Counted from the first letter of the stretch, positions 29,528-39,737 are shown. The stretch: DNA of 64,000 bases from Candidatus Levyibacteriota bacterium (GCA_963716145.1 OY970292.1:268104-332103); one strand, 5' to 3'. The notes: generated by a model not told the origin, from the sequence alone. Translations and numbers: made by a program.

Positions 29528-30262
29528 ATGAGCGTAAGTATAGAAGCGCCAAGACAAACAGAACCACAAAGAACTGCGCCCCGTCGCGTAAGACATACGA
29601 CCCTGCCTGCAGGCCATGAATCTCTTAAGCCTTTCGTACAAGCTGCATGGAAAGGGGCTGTAGCCAGAAGCGAAGAACCACTCAACGATCATTTGCAAAG
29701 TACTATACCTGACCCAAGCTTAGATACAATGATTGTTGTTGATCGCCTAACCCGAACGCTGCCAACTCGTGGATTAGTAATGCAGTTTCCCAATGATCCT
29801 CTTGCAAGGAGACAGGAATTAATCAGGGTGGCTGAAAACATAGCTGCAAAAATGTCACCCGAAGCAAAAAGAAGAATGGTTAAAAAATTAGGTGTGGCAG
29901 GTGGATTAGAGGGATTGATAGCAGACAATAAAACCACTAGACCAGAACCGGCTGCTCCTTCTGATGAACCGGTATTAACTCCCGCTGAGCAGAATAGGCT
30001 AAACATTAAGAAACTGAAAGCTAGAGTAGGCGTAAACGACGCTGAACGAGAAAAACAAGATGAAATAAGGCGAAGATTGAGTAGTACAGGCAAAATAGAT
30101 GTCAACACTCCGTTTGTTGATAGATTTGCTGCCCAAGTTGCTATCGTTGCTGCATTGACCCCTCCTGGACGATTGCCAAGGCTAAATTGGACTGGAGAAG
30201 GACCATTTCCGGCACCTGGTCCTCGGATTGTGAGCAGACCAAATGTGGAACCCAGGAAGTAG
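29528..30262 (+). CDS. hypothetical protein, compositional outlier (GC/Arg/Pro-rich)
   Basis: 244 aa ORF with its own promoter. No recognisable family. Coding status uncertain. Confidence 0.35.
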   Translation: MSVSIEAPRQTEPQRTAPRRVRHTTLPAGHESLKPFVQAAWKGAVARSEEPLNDHLQSTIPDPSLDTMIVVDRLTRTLPTRGLVMQFPNDPLARRQELIRVAENIAAKMSPEAKRRMVKKLGVAGGLEGLIADNKTTRPEPAAPSDEPVLTPAEQNRLNIKKLKARVGVNDAEREKQDEIRRRLSSTGKIDVNTPFVDRFAAQVAIVAALTPPGRLPRLNWTGEGPFPAPGPRIVSRPNVEPRK

Positions 30263-30444
30263 TGTTTAAGCGCAGAGATGCTAAAGCAGCAGGTAGATTT
30301 CCTGGGTTAGAAGAAAAAGTTGAGACAATATTGCTGGAGAAAGAAAGAGGAGATGCTAAACCTGAGGCAGCAGTAGTTGTTAGATTTCCTGGGTTAGAAG
30401 AAAAAAGAAAACTGCTTGAACTACGAAGAGCAGGCTAATAATCT

Positions 30445-31706
30445 CTATCCCTCACAGCAAGCTTTGCAAACACCCATGAATTTCTTCGCCACAGACTCCC
30501 AGCTTAGATCCTGGACGTTTTCATAGACTTCGCGACTCACCTTTTTATATTCCTTCTCATCCGACAACAACTTATGAATTTTCTGAGAAAGCATCAGAGG
30601 ATTGTTGGAGGAAGTCACCAGATGCTTGTGTTTTTTGTCAATCAGCCCAGAGACACCGGCCGCGTCTGTCGCGATAACCGGCGTGCCGCAGGCCATAGCT
30701 TCAAGCGCCGTCATCCCGAAAGATTCATAATGAGAGGGCATAACTACCATTTCCGCCGCCGCATAATAGCGTTGAAGATCTTTTTGCTCTTTCCTACCGA
30801 CAAATATTACAGAGGTTGAAATATTCAGCAGTTTTCTTAAAGTTTCCAAATTCTGAAGCTCATGAGACCACATCTTTTGCGCGTGAGACACATCTCCGCC
30901 AACAATCCAAAGACAAAGCGACGGATCCGGTATCTCTCAATTAAGATTTTTAACGCGTAAAGCAGTACATCAACACCTTTGAGAGGTTCAATTCTTCCAA
31001 CAAAGAGAATAATTTTGTGCCCCAGATCAGCTCCGATTTTCCTTTTCGCGCTATTTTTGTCCATAGGATGAAAAATCTCTAAATTTATTCCGGGAATCAG
31101 AACTTGAATTTTTTCTCTCGGGCAATCATAAAGAGTTGCAAGATATTCAGCATCATTTTCACTTGTCGCGATTATTCTTTCTGCTTTCCCAACCAAATCC
31201 AGCTCTGTCTCAATTCTCTGAATAGTTTCTTTTTCCTCACTTCCACGGGCAACCAAATTTTTCATGAGGGCTAGAGTATGAAAAGTCATAAGCATTGGGA
31301 GGCTGAATTTTTTTTTAATATCAAGACCGACAATTCCTGATAAGTAATAATGACAGCTCAGTAAGTCGTATTCCCTGTTTTCTTTCTCAACAAATTTATA
31401 AAAGTTTTTTAAGAATTCCGGAATATGATTTAAGAGCATTTTTGGTGGGATATACTTTTGCGGACCTGAAGGCAAATGAATCACTCTCAAATTTTTCATA
31501 ACCTGAACAATTTTGGGACTTTTTTCGCTTTGGGAGCGTGTAAAAATGTCAATTACATAACCATTTCGCGCCAGTTCTTTGGAAAGCTCAAGAACATACA
31601 CGTTCATGCCGCCGACTTCAGAGCCCTCATCAGAAAGGGGACAAGTATGATAGGAGACTACAGCCAATCGCTTATTTTGTTTATCCTGAACTTGCTGAAT
31701 GGACAT
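30445..31706 (-). CDS. GT4 glycosyltransferase (MshA-like), split by frameshift in this assembly
   Basis: N-terminal ORF 30837..31706 has GGMNVYV and GRIEPLKGVDVL. C-terminal ORF 30445..30891 has ESFGMTALEAMACGTPVIAT. Adding 1 nt at about 30928-30936 (minus-strand TACCGG/GAGAGA) gives continuous ...ILIERYPDPSLCLWIVGGDVSHAQ... Confidence 0.8.
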
Positions 31707-32340
31707 AGCGCCATTATACTATATAATTAATTTTAGATTTATGACTACCAATATTTATTTGGTCCGCCACGGCGAAGTCCACAATCCAAAACAAGTTTTG
31801 TATGGACGTTTGCCAAGATTTAGATTAACGGAAAAAGGCAAACAGCAGATTGAGCAAACAGCGAATTTTCTTAATGATAAAAATATCAATGCTATTTATT
31901 CAAGCCCGCTACTGCGCGGCCGGCAAACAGCTGAAATAATTCGAAAAAAATTGAACTTACCCAAGATTTTTTTATTAAACGGACTGCACGAAATAAAAAC
32001 GTCGGCAGAGGGACAACCTGGCAAAAAACTTGATCTGATAAACCATGACTACTATTCTCCGCCAATCTGGAAAATAAACGATGATACAATGGAGCGAATT
32101 GCAAACAGAATGAATAAATCTATTAAACAAATCCTGAAAAAATACCAGAGCAAGTCTGTGGTCGCGGTCTCCCACGGCGATCCTATTTTGATCTTAAAAT
32201 TATTTCTAAACAATTTACCTCTGCATATATCATCAATCAGAAAGGAGAAGTTTGACATAGCTCAAGGAGGAGTAGTAAGACTGCAACAAATAAACGACCA
32301 ACCAATAACTGTTAAAAGCGTTTTTACTCCAAAAATATGA
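31699..32340 (+). CDS. histidine phosphatase family protein (phosphoglycerate mutase-like)
   Basis: 213 aa. LVRHGE catalytic motif and AVSHGD. Confidence 0.8.
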   Translation: MDIAPLYYIINFRFMTTNIYLVRHGEVHNPKQVLYGRLPRFRLTEKGKQQIEQTANFLNDKNINAIYSSPLLRGRQTAEIIRKKLNLPKIFLLNGLHEIKTSAEGQPGKKLDLINHDYYSPPIWKINDDTMERIANRMNKSIKQILKKYQSKSVVAVSHGDPILILKLFLNNLPLHISSIRKEKFDIAQGGVVRLQQINDQPITVKSVFTPKI

Positions 32341-33527
32341 AACTATATAATTCGCTTAGCAAGAAAGCAGAAACTTTTATTCCGCTTGAAGAAAAGCAGG
32401 TTAAAATGTACGTTTGTGGTATAACCCCATACGACACCACTCACCTCGGCCATGCTTTCACCTATATATCTTTTGATGTATTGGTCAGGTATTTAAAATA
32501 CAAAGGCTTTGATGTAGTTTACACGCAAAATGTTACTGATATTAATGACCGGGACAATGATATCTTAAAGCGGGCCCAAGATCAAGGAATATCATGGCAA
32601 AACCTTGCTAAATTCTGGACAGATAAATTCCTTAAAGACATGCAGGATCTGAATTGGATTAAGCCCGATAACTATTTGTGGGCAAGTACGCAAATTCCCG
32701 CCATGACTGAGCTTATTGAACGTTTGATTGGTAGCAAGGCTGCTTACAAAATAAACGGGGGAGTGTACCTTGATATTCAAAAAGTGGATAATTTCGGGAA
32801 GCTTTCAGGACTTGATAAAAATAAAATGCTGACTGTTGCCAAAGAATTTGATGAGGATTTGGACAATCCTGATAAAAGAGACCCGCTTGATATAACTCTG
32901 TGGAGGCCAACTACTGAAAATCAAGCGCAACATATTCCATCCTTTGACAGCCCCTTTGGGCCCGGACGGCCCGGCTGGCATCTAGAATGCTCCGCCATGG
33001 CTATTTCATCACTTGGTGAGCAAATAGATATCCACGGGGGAGGCAGAGATCTTTTATACCCACATCATGAGAGTGAAATAGCCCAATCTGAAGGCGGGAC
33101 AGGGAAAATACCTTTTGCCAAATACTGGCTCCACACGGAAATTGTCAGCTTTGAGGGAAAGAAAATATCCAAGTCTATTGGGAACTTGGTAATGATTTCC
33201 GATCTTTTGAAAAAATATTCTTCCAACGCGATCCGCTATCTATTGCTTTCCCACCACTATAGAAAGCCATGGGAATTTAAGGAGTCTGAACTAATTGAAG
33301 CGGAAGAAAAAGTAAATAAACTAAAGCAGAAACTTAACTCTTCTCCGAGCGGACAAAGCATGCCGGACAGCAATTCAGCAATTCAGCAATTCAGCAATTT
33401 TTTAGACGATGATTTGAATACGCCTAAAGCACTTGAAATTTTGTTAAAATCAGTAGAGGCGGGATTTGTAAAAGAGGTTAAAGAAATGGCAACAATTCTG
33501 GGTTTTGCTATTAGCAATAAGCCATAG
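32337..33527 (+). CDS. cysS: cysteinyl-tRNA synthetase
   Basis: 396 aa. Class I HLGH and KISKS motifs, Cys-binding CGITPYDTTH, C-terminal DALR region (FLDDDLNTPKAL). Contains an 8-mer x4 tandem repeat at 33368-33399. Confidence 0.9.
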   Translation: MKLYNSLSKKAETFIPLEEKQVKMYVCGITPYDTTHLGHAFTYISFDVLVRYLKYKGFDVVYTQNVTDINDRDNDILKRAQDQGISWQNLAKFWTDKFLKDMQDLNWIKPDNYLWASTQIPAMTELIERLIGSKAAYKINGGVYLDIQKVDNFGKLSGLDKNKMLTVAKEFDEDLDNPDKRDPLDITLWRPTTENQAQHIPSFDSPFGPGRPGWHLECSAMAISSLGEQIDIHGGGRDLLYPHHESEIAQSEGGTGKIPFAKYWLHTEIVSFEGKKISKSIGNLVMISDLLKKYSSNAIRYLLLSHHYRKPWEFKESELIEAEEKVNKLKQKLNSSPSGQSMPDSNSAIQQFSNFLDDDLNTPKALEILLKSVEAGFVKEVKEMATILGFAISNKP

Positions 33528-33541
33528 GCTATTTGCCGACT

Positions 33542-34297
33542 TTAGATCACTCCATTGCTTCGCATTTTTTGCGCGCAGCCTGGGAATTGGGTATAGATGC
33601 TGGACCTGGCAACGAGTCTTTGGACTGCTGCTTTCTGAACATCAATTGGCGCAAGATCAGCGCGTTCATAGCCTGTCCCCATGCTATTCCACGTTCCAGC
33701 CGAGAATTGAAATGCACCGTAATATCCGTTTCCTGTATTTTTGGCAGGGTCCATTCCGGCTTCACAACTACCCAAGGCAGTTATTTGCGCGTCAGTTAGC
33801 GACTGGGGGGCACTGGATGCGACAGCTTGGGGAGCAACCGGCTGTTGTACCTGAGTTGGAGCAACATCTGTAGATCCAATTATTGAAACTGACTGCACCA
33901 AACTAGCTCCAGAATTTACATCATAGACATAAGTATCCTCTGCTGCTTCAGGATCTTGAGCCTGCCTTGAAATCAATTCCGGATTTAGAATTTCAGGCAT
34001 TGCAGTTTTATTTTCTCTAACCTTCAAAACCACGCCCTTCTCTAATTGCCAAGCGTCTTTCACTTCAGGATTGTCATTCCAGATATTGGTCCAGTAATCT
34101 TCACTACCATAGTAAGCCTCAGCTATCTTTGAAAGGTAATCACCTTCCTGAACGACATAATTGGAATACTCTGCCTGACTCTGAGTAGGGATAATAGATT
34201 GATAAGCGACTACGTTGGGAGTCGCAGGGAGAGACGATGTTATTAATGATGACGCGAAAACTCCGGCTAATAATGTAATTATCATATTTAAAAACAA
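33542..34297 (-). CDS. LysM domain + Rpf-like transglycosylase domain secreted protein
   Basis: 251 aa. Signal peptide, LysM (YVVQEGDYLSKIAEAYYG), C-terminal CEAG..NTGNGYYGAFQFSAGTW matching the resuscitation-promoting-factor transglycosylase-like domain. Confidence 0.7.
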   Translation of the reverse strand: MFLNMIITLLAGVFASSLITSSLPATPNVVAYQSIIPTQSQAEYSNYVVQEGDYLSKIAEAYYGSEDYWTNIWNDNPEVKDAWQLEKGVVLKVRENKTAMPEILNPELISRQAQDPEAAEDTYVYDVNSGASLVQSVSIIGSTDVAPTQVQQPVAPQAVASSAPQSLTDAQITALGSCEAGMDPAKNTGNGYYGAFQFSAGTWNSMGTGYERADLAPIDVQKAAVQRLVARSSIYTQFPGCAQKMRSNGVI

Positions 34298-34475
34298 AAA
34301 CCAATTCGCTCATAATGAGCAGAAGGTTTAGTTAAGCGGTAATTATATACTATTTTGATCCATTTGTCAAGTAGTATAGTTGTGGAAGTTGAGGCTAATG
34401 AGGAGTTATCTTAATATCCTATAACATTTTAATCTTTTAATCACATTAATTTATAAGAAACCACTAATTATTGGG

Positions 34476-34548
34476 TGCTGAGGGTCAGAGTCGAACTGAC
34501 ATAGCCTGTTCTTCAGACAGGTGCCTTGACCACCTTGGCTACCTCAGC
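34476..34548 (-). tRNA. tRNA-Phe(GAA) (atypical D-arm)
   Basis: Acceptor GCTGAGG/CCTCAGC, anticodon stem CCTGT/ACAGG with loop CTGAAGA, T-arm GTCAG-TTCGACT-CTGAC. D-arm is a 3-bp stem with an 11-nt loop, unusual for Phe. Confidence 0.55.
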
Positions 34549-34576
34549 GCTATATGGTTGAGTCTTATTATACAAT

Positions 34577-35795
34577 TTAAGAACGCTGTAGGCAAGAATC
34601 TGCTTCCTCAATCATTCTCTCTGCAATATTTTCCGCTCCTTTTAGTCCTTCACCTCCATCAAACACTACGTGAGCACGCTCATAATGCGCTCGCGCACTA
34701 TCTTCTCCACCACCAAAGAGAGATCGCAAAGTAAGGCCAAAGTCTTCAATTCCTGAGCTCGGCCCTGAAATCCTATGAAGCTTTGACCAATCCGTATTGT
34801 CCTCCATTTTTCTATTACCCTTAACTGGGTGAAGGGGGATTACCGGCATGGTTCCCGCTCCAGCCAACCCGCTCGCCCAAAGGCGTAACTATCAAATCTG
34901 CGGCATTAGCCATCGCAATAGATGTACTTACTGCTTCGTCAGGATCAGAGTTATAAAAAATTTGTACTCCAGTCGTTAAGTCAGGTCGATATTTTGTGAC
35001 TATTGTGGGATCATAGCCCAAAGCTTTAGCGTGTCTATATACCTCCCCTGACTGCTTCTTTCCATTCCACATATAAATATCGAGCTTCAGTCTACCCTCA
35101 GATATCCATTGTCTGACAATTGGGTCTTCCAAAACATTTCTATGCAATGGCTCCATGTGGGCAATTTGTCCTGTCATCAAGTATGCAATCCTCAAAGGGT
35201 TTTCGGGGTCCGGCCCTGCTTCTGAAAACTTATCCAGCCGTTCCCTTCGACGCTCGGGGTCCAAAAGTGTGTTCGGTACAATAAAACCGGCAACCACAAT
35301 CTCTCCTGTGTCACCCATTTCCGAAAGTGTGCTCTTTGTCTCCTCAAGCGGAACAAAAGCTATGGTCTTCGGATCAGCCGCAAGCACTTCCGGCCAGACA
35401 TCCCCTTCGGCGTAAAAACGGTCTGCTCCTTTTCCCCAAAGCCCATGCAAAGTGAGAAAAGGTTTATCAGAAGGTAAAACCCTTACCAACTCTCTATTGG
35501 CCAAACTGGTCAGCATTTGTCCTCCGCTACCTTTGGTGCCACTTACTCTCTTTCTTCCATACCAGTCTTGGAACCTTCCTTCTCTCCCCGCGTGTTTATA
35601 AATGGAGCCTATTCCTGTCCAAACTCCGCGGGTTAATAAGCCTCCGTCTTCCTGCCCGATAACCTGAACTGCTACTCCGTTGGGATTTGTCTCGGAATTT
35701 GCTAAATGCGGCTCAATACTGTGCCAAAATGTTCTTTTTCCTTGTCCTGCATTGGTCAGCCCAACAACAACTCCAGCTTCAGGATGAATTCTCAT
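34577..35795 (-). CDS. hypothetical protein (GC-rich), split by frameshift near 34821-34867
   Basis: ORFs 34821..35795 (324 aa) and 34577..34867 (96 aa) overlap in adjacent frames (…GWSGNHAG / AGAGTMPVIPL…). No family recognised. Composition atypical for the host. Confidence 0.4.
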
Positions 35796-35851
35796 GAAGG
35801 AATATTATACATCAGGGGAGTAACAAAGAAAACGCTAAGGCAAAATCAGTG

Positions 35852-35924
35852 TGGACGATGCAGGGATCGAACCCGCGACATCTTCAGTGTAAATGAAGCG
35901 CTCTACCAGCTGAGCTAATCGTCC
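35852..35924 (-). tRNA. tRNA-Val(TAC)
   Basis: GGACGAT-TA-GCTC-AGCTGGTA-GAGC-G-CTTCA-TTTACAC-TGAAG-ATGTC-GCGGG-TTCGATC-CCTGC-ATCGTCC-A. Clean 73-nt cloverleaf. Confidence 0.85.
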
Positions 35925-36006
35925 GCCTAAGCTTAATTATAGATGAATTTACCATTTCTATCAAGGTATCTTGTTTTATACTTTCAGCTATTTTAATGAG
36001 TGCGGT

Positions 36007-36561
36007 TTATTGTCTACGTTGTGCTTCTTTTAATTTGGCCAAAGCTTCACTTGTACTGACTGGCGGACGACGATTCAATGATGCAACAATTGGGTGGGTA
36101 GACTCCAGGGTAAATGTAAGTGATCCGTCACGCTCTGCACTTTCTTCAAAACCTACCATGTACCGCTCTCCTATGTATACTGCACCTAGTCCCGGGGTAA
36201 GATGTACAGGTATACTTCTAAATATTCCTTGTTTTCCTTGGAGCTCCCCAGCGGAAAGAGGCTTAGGGAGGACAGTTCCCGCTTGCGCTCTACTTTCCCA
36301 TACTACGGGAACAGTTAACTCCCGGGCAATATCTAAAAAGCCGCTAGCCCCTGGTCGATCATAAGCCAGAATTATATCTCCATCAATTATTACCACCTTA
36401 TCCGGAGGTAGATCAAAACTTTCTAGGTAAGGTCTTGGAATCTCAGCTAAGGGCTTGGACGCTGGGATTTCGCTCGCGAGGGAATCTACTTGATCTGGAT
36501 TATCATCTTCTGGTCGCGGCATAATACCCGCTATAATAACACAACTTTTCTCACAAATCAA
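36007..36561 (-). CDS. hypothetical protein (GC-rich compositional outlier)
   Basis: 184 aa with no recognised motifs. Lies between tRNA-Val and tRNA-Leu. Confidence 0.4.
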   Translation of the reverse strand: MICEKSCVIIAGIMPRPEDDNPDQVDSLASEIPASKPLAEIPRPYLESFDLPPDKVVIIDGDIILAYDRPGASGFLDIARELTVPVVWESRAQAGTVLPKPLSAGELQGKQGIFRSIPVHLTPGLGAVYIGERYMVGFEESAERDGSLTFTLESTHPIVASLNRRPPVSTSEALAKLKEAQRRQ

Positions 36562-36588
36562 CTATAGGATGCATCGTGTGAACATTTG

Positions 36589-36671
36589 TGCGGATGAGAG
36601 GAGTTGAACCTCCACGCCCTTGCGAGCACTACCACCTCAAGGTAGCGTGTATACCATTTCACCACATCCGC
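36589..36671 (-). tRNA. tRNA-Leu(GAG)
   Basis: Type II tRNA. Acceptor GCGGATG/CATCCGC, anticodon stem CTACC/GGTAG with loop TTGAGGT, long variable arm. Confidence 0.8.
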
Positions 36672-36711
36672 GTTTTGCGAAGCAAAACAACTTAAAACTC
36701 TGAACTTAGAA

Positions 36712-37111
36712 CTAAGAATGCGTTAGACTTTTGGAAAAGCCAATTAATTGCTTACCCACCTCTTCTGCCATAACTAATGCCTGATTCATTTCTTTCTGAT
36801 TAATACAACCATCATCCAATGCTAAATCAAGGCCTGCTATCACTTCTTCAAGCGATGTTAACGCCTGATTAAGAAAATGTGCTTTCTTTGTCTGTTGCCC
36901 TATTTGACCCTTCAGCAATATTTAAACACACTGACAATGCTGCTCGATTAATTTGATCAATTAGAACAAATCGTTCTGTCGCTGGTAACTTCTTTAATAA
37001 ATTCTTAACGAGCTTTCTAAATTCCTTTGACTTTTTATATACTGGAAAATCTCTAAATCTAAATAGCATATATTTTGCTGCGCAAAATAACTTTGAACAA
37101 AAAACATTCAA
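36712..37111 (-). CDS. four-helix-bundle protein (23S rRNA intervening-sequence protein family), frameshifted
   Basis: 36869..37111 has FPVYKKSKEFRKLVKNLLKKLPATERFVLIDQINRAALSVCLNIAEGSNR. 36712..36918 continues with FLNQALTSLEEVIAG... Removing one A at about 36893-36900 gives a continuous protein. Confidence 0.6.
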
Positions 37112-37185
37112 CTTAGAACTCCAAGGAATAATTGTTCTCTGTTCCTGGTTCTTAGCTCTGTGTAGTTCAGCTTCGCTGAACTATG

Positions 37186-37269
37186 TGCCGAAGAGGGGAC
37201 TTGAACCCCTACCTCTTTAACAAGACACGAACCTGAATCGTGCGCGTCTACCAATTCCGCCACTTCGGC
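37186..37269 (-). tRNA. tRNA-Leu(CAG)
   Basis: Acceptor GCCGAAG/CTTCGGC, anticodon stem CACGA/TCGTG with loop TTCAGGT, long variable arm. Confidence 0.8.
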
Positions 37270-37384
37270 GATTCGCTAATGCGAAACTAAAAACAATGGA
37301 CTTAAAACTTAGAATCATAAACTATCTAGTTCTTAGTTCCGCGTTCTTAGTTCATTGGTTGTATTTTGATTCTATCAAAAGACA

Positions 37385-37996
37385 GTGGACTTGACAATCT
37401 CAACAAATTTTGCAAATATAAATAGGCCCATGAGAAAGTTTTTTCTAACTGCTGCTTTCTTAGCCTCAACTCCTCTTATCTTAATTTTTGGACTTATTAT
37501 TATGCTTATTATTTATACTCAAAACACACATTCCGTGGCTTCTTCACCAACAGCTGTGTATGCAGCTCTTCCCACTACCCAGAATGTGCTTGCGGCTACT
37601 ATCATGGAAAGCGATGGGGGAAATGCCGAGAAAATTAGGCAATTTCTGGCCAGCTACAATTCACCCCTTGAGCCATATGCAGTTGACATAGTGGACGCTG
37701 CTGATGAGTATGGGCTCGATCACAGGCTAATCGTGGCTATTGCAATGCAAGAATCAGGCCTTTGCAAAACAATTCCTCAAGATTCATATAATTGCTGGGG
37801 ATTTGGAATTTACACAGGGCATGTGACAAGATTTGCGGATTACAAAGAAGGTATATACACCGTAACAAAAGCACTTGCTACAAAATATAAAAATAAAGGG
37901 TTGGTAACGCCAGAGCAAATTATGACCATGTACACTCCCAACAGCAATGGTAGTTGGGCTTTTAGCGTTAACCATTACATGGACAAGCTTCAATAA
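37385..37996 (+). CDS. membrane-anchored peptidoglycan hydrolase, SLT-like lytic transglycosylase motif (AIAMQESG)
   Basis: 203 aa. TM anchor. LIVAIAMQESGLC...YNCWGFGIY resembles the SLT consensus AIAxQES...GAxGLMQ. Paralogous to 38203..38757. Confidence 0.5.
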   Translation: MDLTISTNFANINRPMRKFFLTAAFLASTPLILIFGLIIMLIIYTQNTHSVASSPTAVYAALPTTQNVLAATIMESDGGNAEKIRQFLASYNSPLEPYAVDIVDAADEYGLDHRLIVAIAMQESGLCKTIPQDSYNCWGFGIYTGHVTRFADYKEGIYTVTKALATKYKNKGLVTPEQIMTMYTPNSNGSWAFSVNHYMDKLQ

Positions 37997-38202
37997 TTCT
38001 GCAAGGCAGAATTCTGTGCTATATATACTTCTCTTTGCCAGGAATTAAACCCAAATACTGTTATTTTAATCCTGCTTTACAACACTTGACAAACCTATAG
38101 TTATATGATATAATCCCCAACAGATCCTAAGGCATGTGCCCAAAACACATGCGTTAGGATTTTTCTTTGTCCGCCGAAGCTTTAGCGTAGGCGGATACTA
38201 AA

Positions 38203-38757
38203 ATGAAACTAAAACTGCTCAAAGTTTTTATTATTGTTTTCTTTGGATTCTTGCTGTCTGCTCATAAAGCATCAGCAAGCACTGCAGGAGCTTCCGCAAT
38301 GCTCGCCTCGATTGATATTTCATACCAAGAAACAGACAATCGGGCAGAAGTTTTACGAAGTTTCTTAGAGAAATACGATTCTCCTCTAGCGCTTTATTCC
38401 AGCAACTTCATTGAGGAGGCAGATAAAAATAATATTGACTGGAAGCTTGTTGCCGCTATTGCCGGGAATGAATCGTATTTTGGACAAATGATTCCTCCGT
38501 TTTCCTACAATGGATGGGGTTATGGTGTTTATGGAGATAATGTGCGCAGATTTTCTTCATGGGAAGAGGGTATCGCGGTAGTTTCAAGCGCAATCAGAAC
38601 GGATTATATTGATAAATGGGGAGCAACAAATGTCTATGAAATTGGATCCATCTATGCTGAGGACCCTATGTGGGCAAATAAAGTTACTAACTATATGAGC
38701 AAGATTGAAGATTTTAACAATCAAACATCCAACTCATCTCTTCCCATTTCACTCTAA
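38203..38757 (+). CDS. secreted peptidoglycan hydrolase, paralog of 37385..37996 (SLT-like)
   Basis: 184 aa. Signal peptide. LVAAIAGNESYFGQ...YNGWGYGVY. Same domain order as its paralog. Confidence 0.5.
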   Translation: MKLKLLKVFIIVFFGFLLSAHKASASTAGASAMLASIDISYQETDNRAEVLRSFLEKYDSPLALYSSNFIEEADKNNIDWKLVAAIAGNESYFGQMIPPFSYNGWGYGVYGDNVRRFSSWEEGIAVVSSAIRTDYIDKWGATNVYEIGSIYAEDPMWANKVTNYMSKIEDFNNQTSNSSLPISL

Positions 38758-38794
38758 ATAATTTATAATTGAAAATAACTAACTTGGGCGATGA

Positions 38795-38876
38795 GCGGAC
38801 GTGGTGAAATGGTAGACACGCAAGTTTTAGGAACTTGTGCTCAAAAGGCTTGGAGGTTCAAGTCCTCTCGTCCGCA
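38795..38876 (+). tRNA. tRNA-Leu(TAG)
   Basis: Acceptor GCGGACG/CGTCCGC, anticodon stem CAAGT/ACTTG with loop TTTAGGA, long variable arm, T-loop GTTCAAG. Confidence 0.8.
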
Positions 38877-38891
38877 CTCAACAATAAAACT

Positions 38892-39722
38892 ATGACAAAA
38901 TCATTAATCGAAAAACAGCCAGACGGAACAATCAAATTGACAATTTCAATTCCTAAAGAGCTTATATCCAAGGCTCGTGAGAAAGCTATAATTGATGTGA
39001 GTAAGCACACCAACGTTCCTGGTTTTAGGAAGGGAAAAGCTCCTGAAAAACTGGTTGAGGAAAAATTAAATAAAGAACAAATAGATGAAGACGCTCTTAA
39101 GGAACTTCTTCCTATGCAGTATCAGCAAGCAGTTGTGGAACATCAATTGAGGCCAGTTATGAACCCCAAGATACATATCAACAAGATGGAAGAAGGTAAA
39201 GATTGGACATTTGAAGCGCTAACCTGCGAAGCCCCAGCAGTTGAGGCCGGAGATTACAAAAAAAGTGTTCAAAAAGTAACAGCAAAAAGTAAAATAATCA
39301 TACCTGGAAAAGAACCGCAGAAGCCTTCATTTGAAGATATCGCCAAAGCCCTACTTGAAACTTCAACTGTAAAAGTTCCGACAATTCTACTTGAGCAGGA
39401 AACAGATAGACTTTTGGCACAGCTTCTCAATGATATTAAAAAACTTGGGCTCAACCTTGAACAATATCTGGCGTCAACCAAACGAACACCGGACGATCTG
39501 CGTGCCGAATATTCCAAAAGAGCGGAAGATGATATGAAGCTGGAATTTGTCTTGCAAAAAATTGCAGAACTTGAGAAAATAACAGTTGAGGAGAAAGAGA
39601 TAGAAGAGGCGATTCAAAAAGCAAAATCTGAGGAAGAAAAAAAGCATTTACAGGGCAATAAATACCTTCTCGCGGCGATACTAAGACAACAGAAAACACT
39701 TGATTTTTTGATGAGTTTGTGA
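38892..39722 (+). CDS. tig: trigger factor (short form lacking PPIase domain)
   Basis: Start set at ATG 38892, because the ORF-track start 38835 overlaps the tRNA. Ribosome-binding signature GFRKGKAP. About 277 aa with N- and C-domains only. Confidence 0.75.
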   Translation: MTKSLIEKQPDGTIKLTISIPKELISKAREKAIIDVSKHTNVPGFRKGKAPEKLVEEKLNKEQIDEDALKELLPMQYQQAVVEHQLRPVMNPKIHINKMEEGKDWTFEALTCEAPAVEAGDYKKSVQKVTAKSKIIIPGKEPQKPSFEDIAKALLETSTVKVPTILLEQETDRLLAQLLNDIKKLGLNLEQYLASTKRTPDDLRAEYSKRAEDDMKLEFVLQKIAELEKITVEEKEIEEAIQKAKSEEEKKHLQGNKYLLAAILRQQKTLDFLMSL

Positions 39723-39737
39723 TAGGATTACGCTGCT

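Noticed and set aside
29383-29698. Minus-strand ORFs 29383..29685 and 29516..29698
   Set aside because: They overlap tRNA-Gly, the promoter and the 5' end of ORF 29528. No coding signal.
34471-34734. Plus-strand 87-aa ORF
   Set aside because: It is the antisense of tRNA-Phe and of the intergenic region. Spurious.
38835-38891. ORF-track start of trigger factor at 38835
   Set aside because: It overlaps the 3' half of tRNA-Leu(TAG). The internal ATG at 38892 follows the tRNA and gives the conserved N-terminus.
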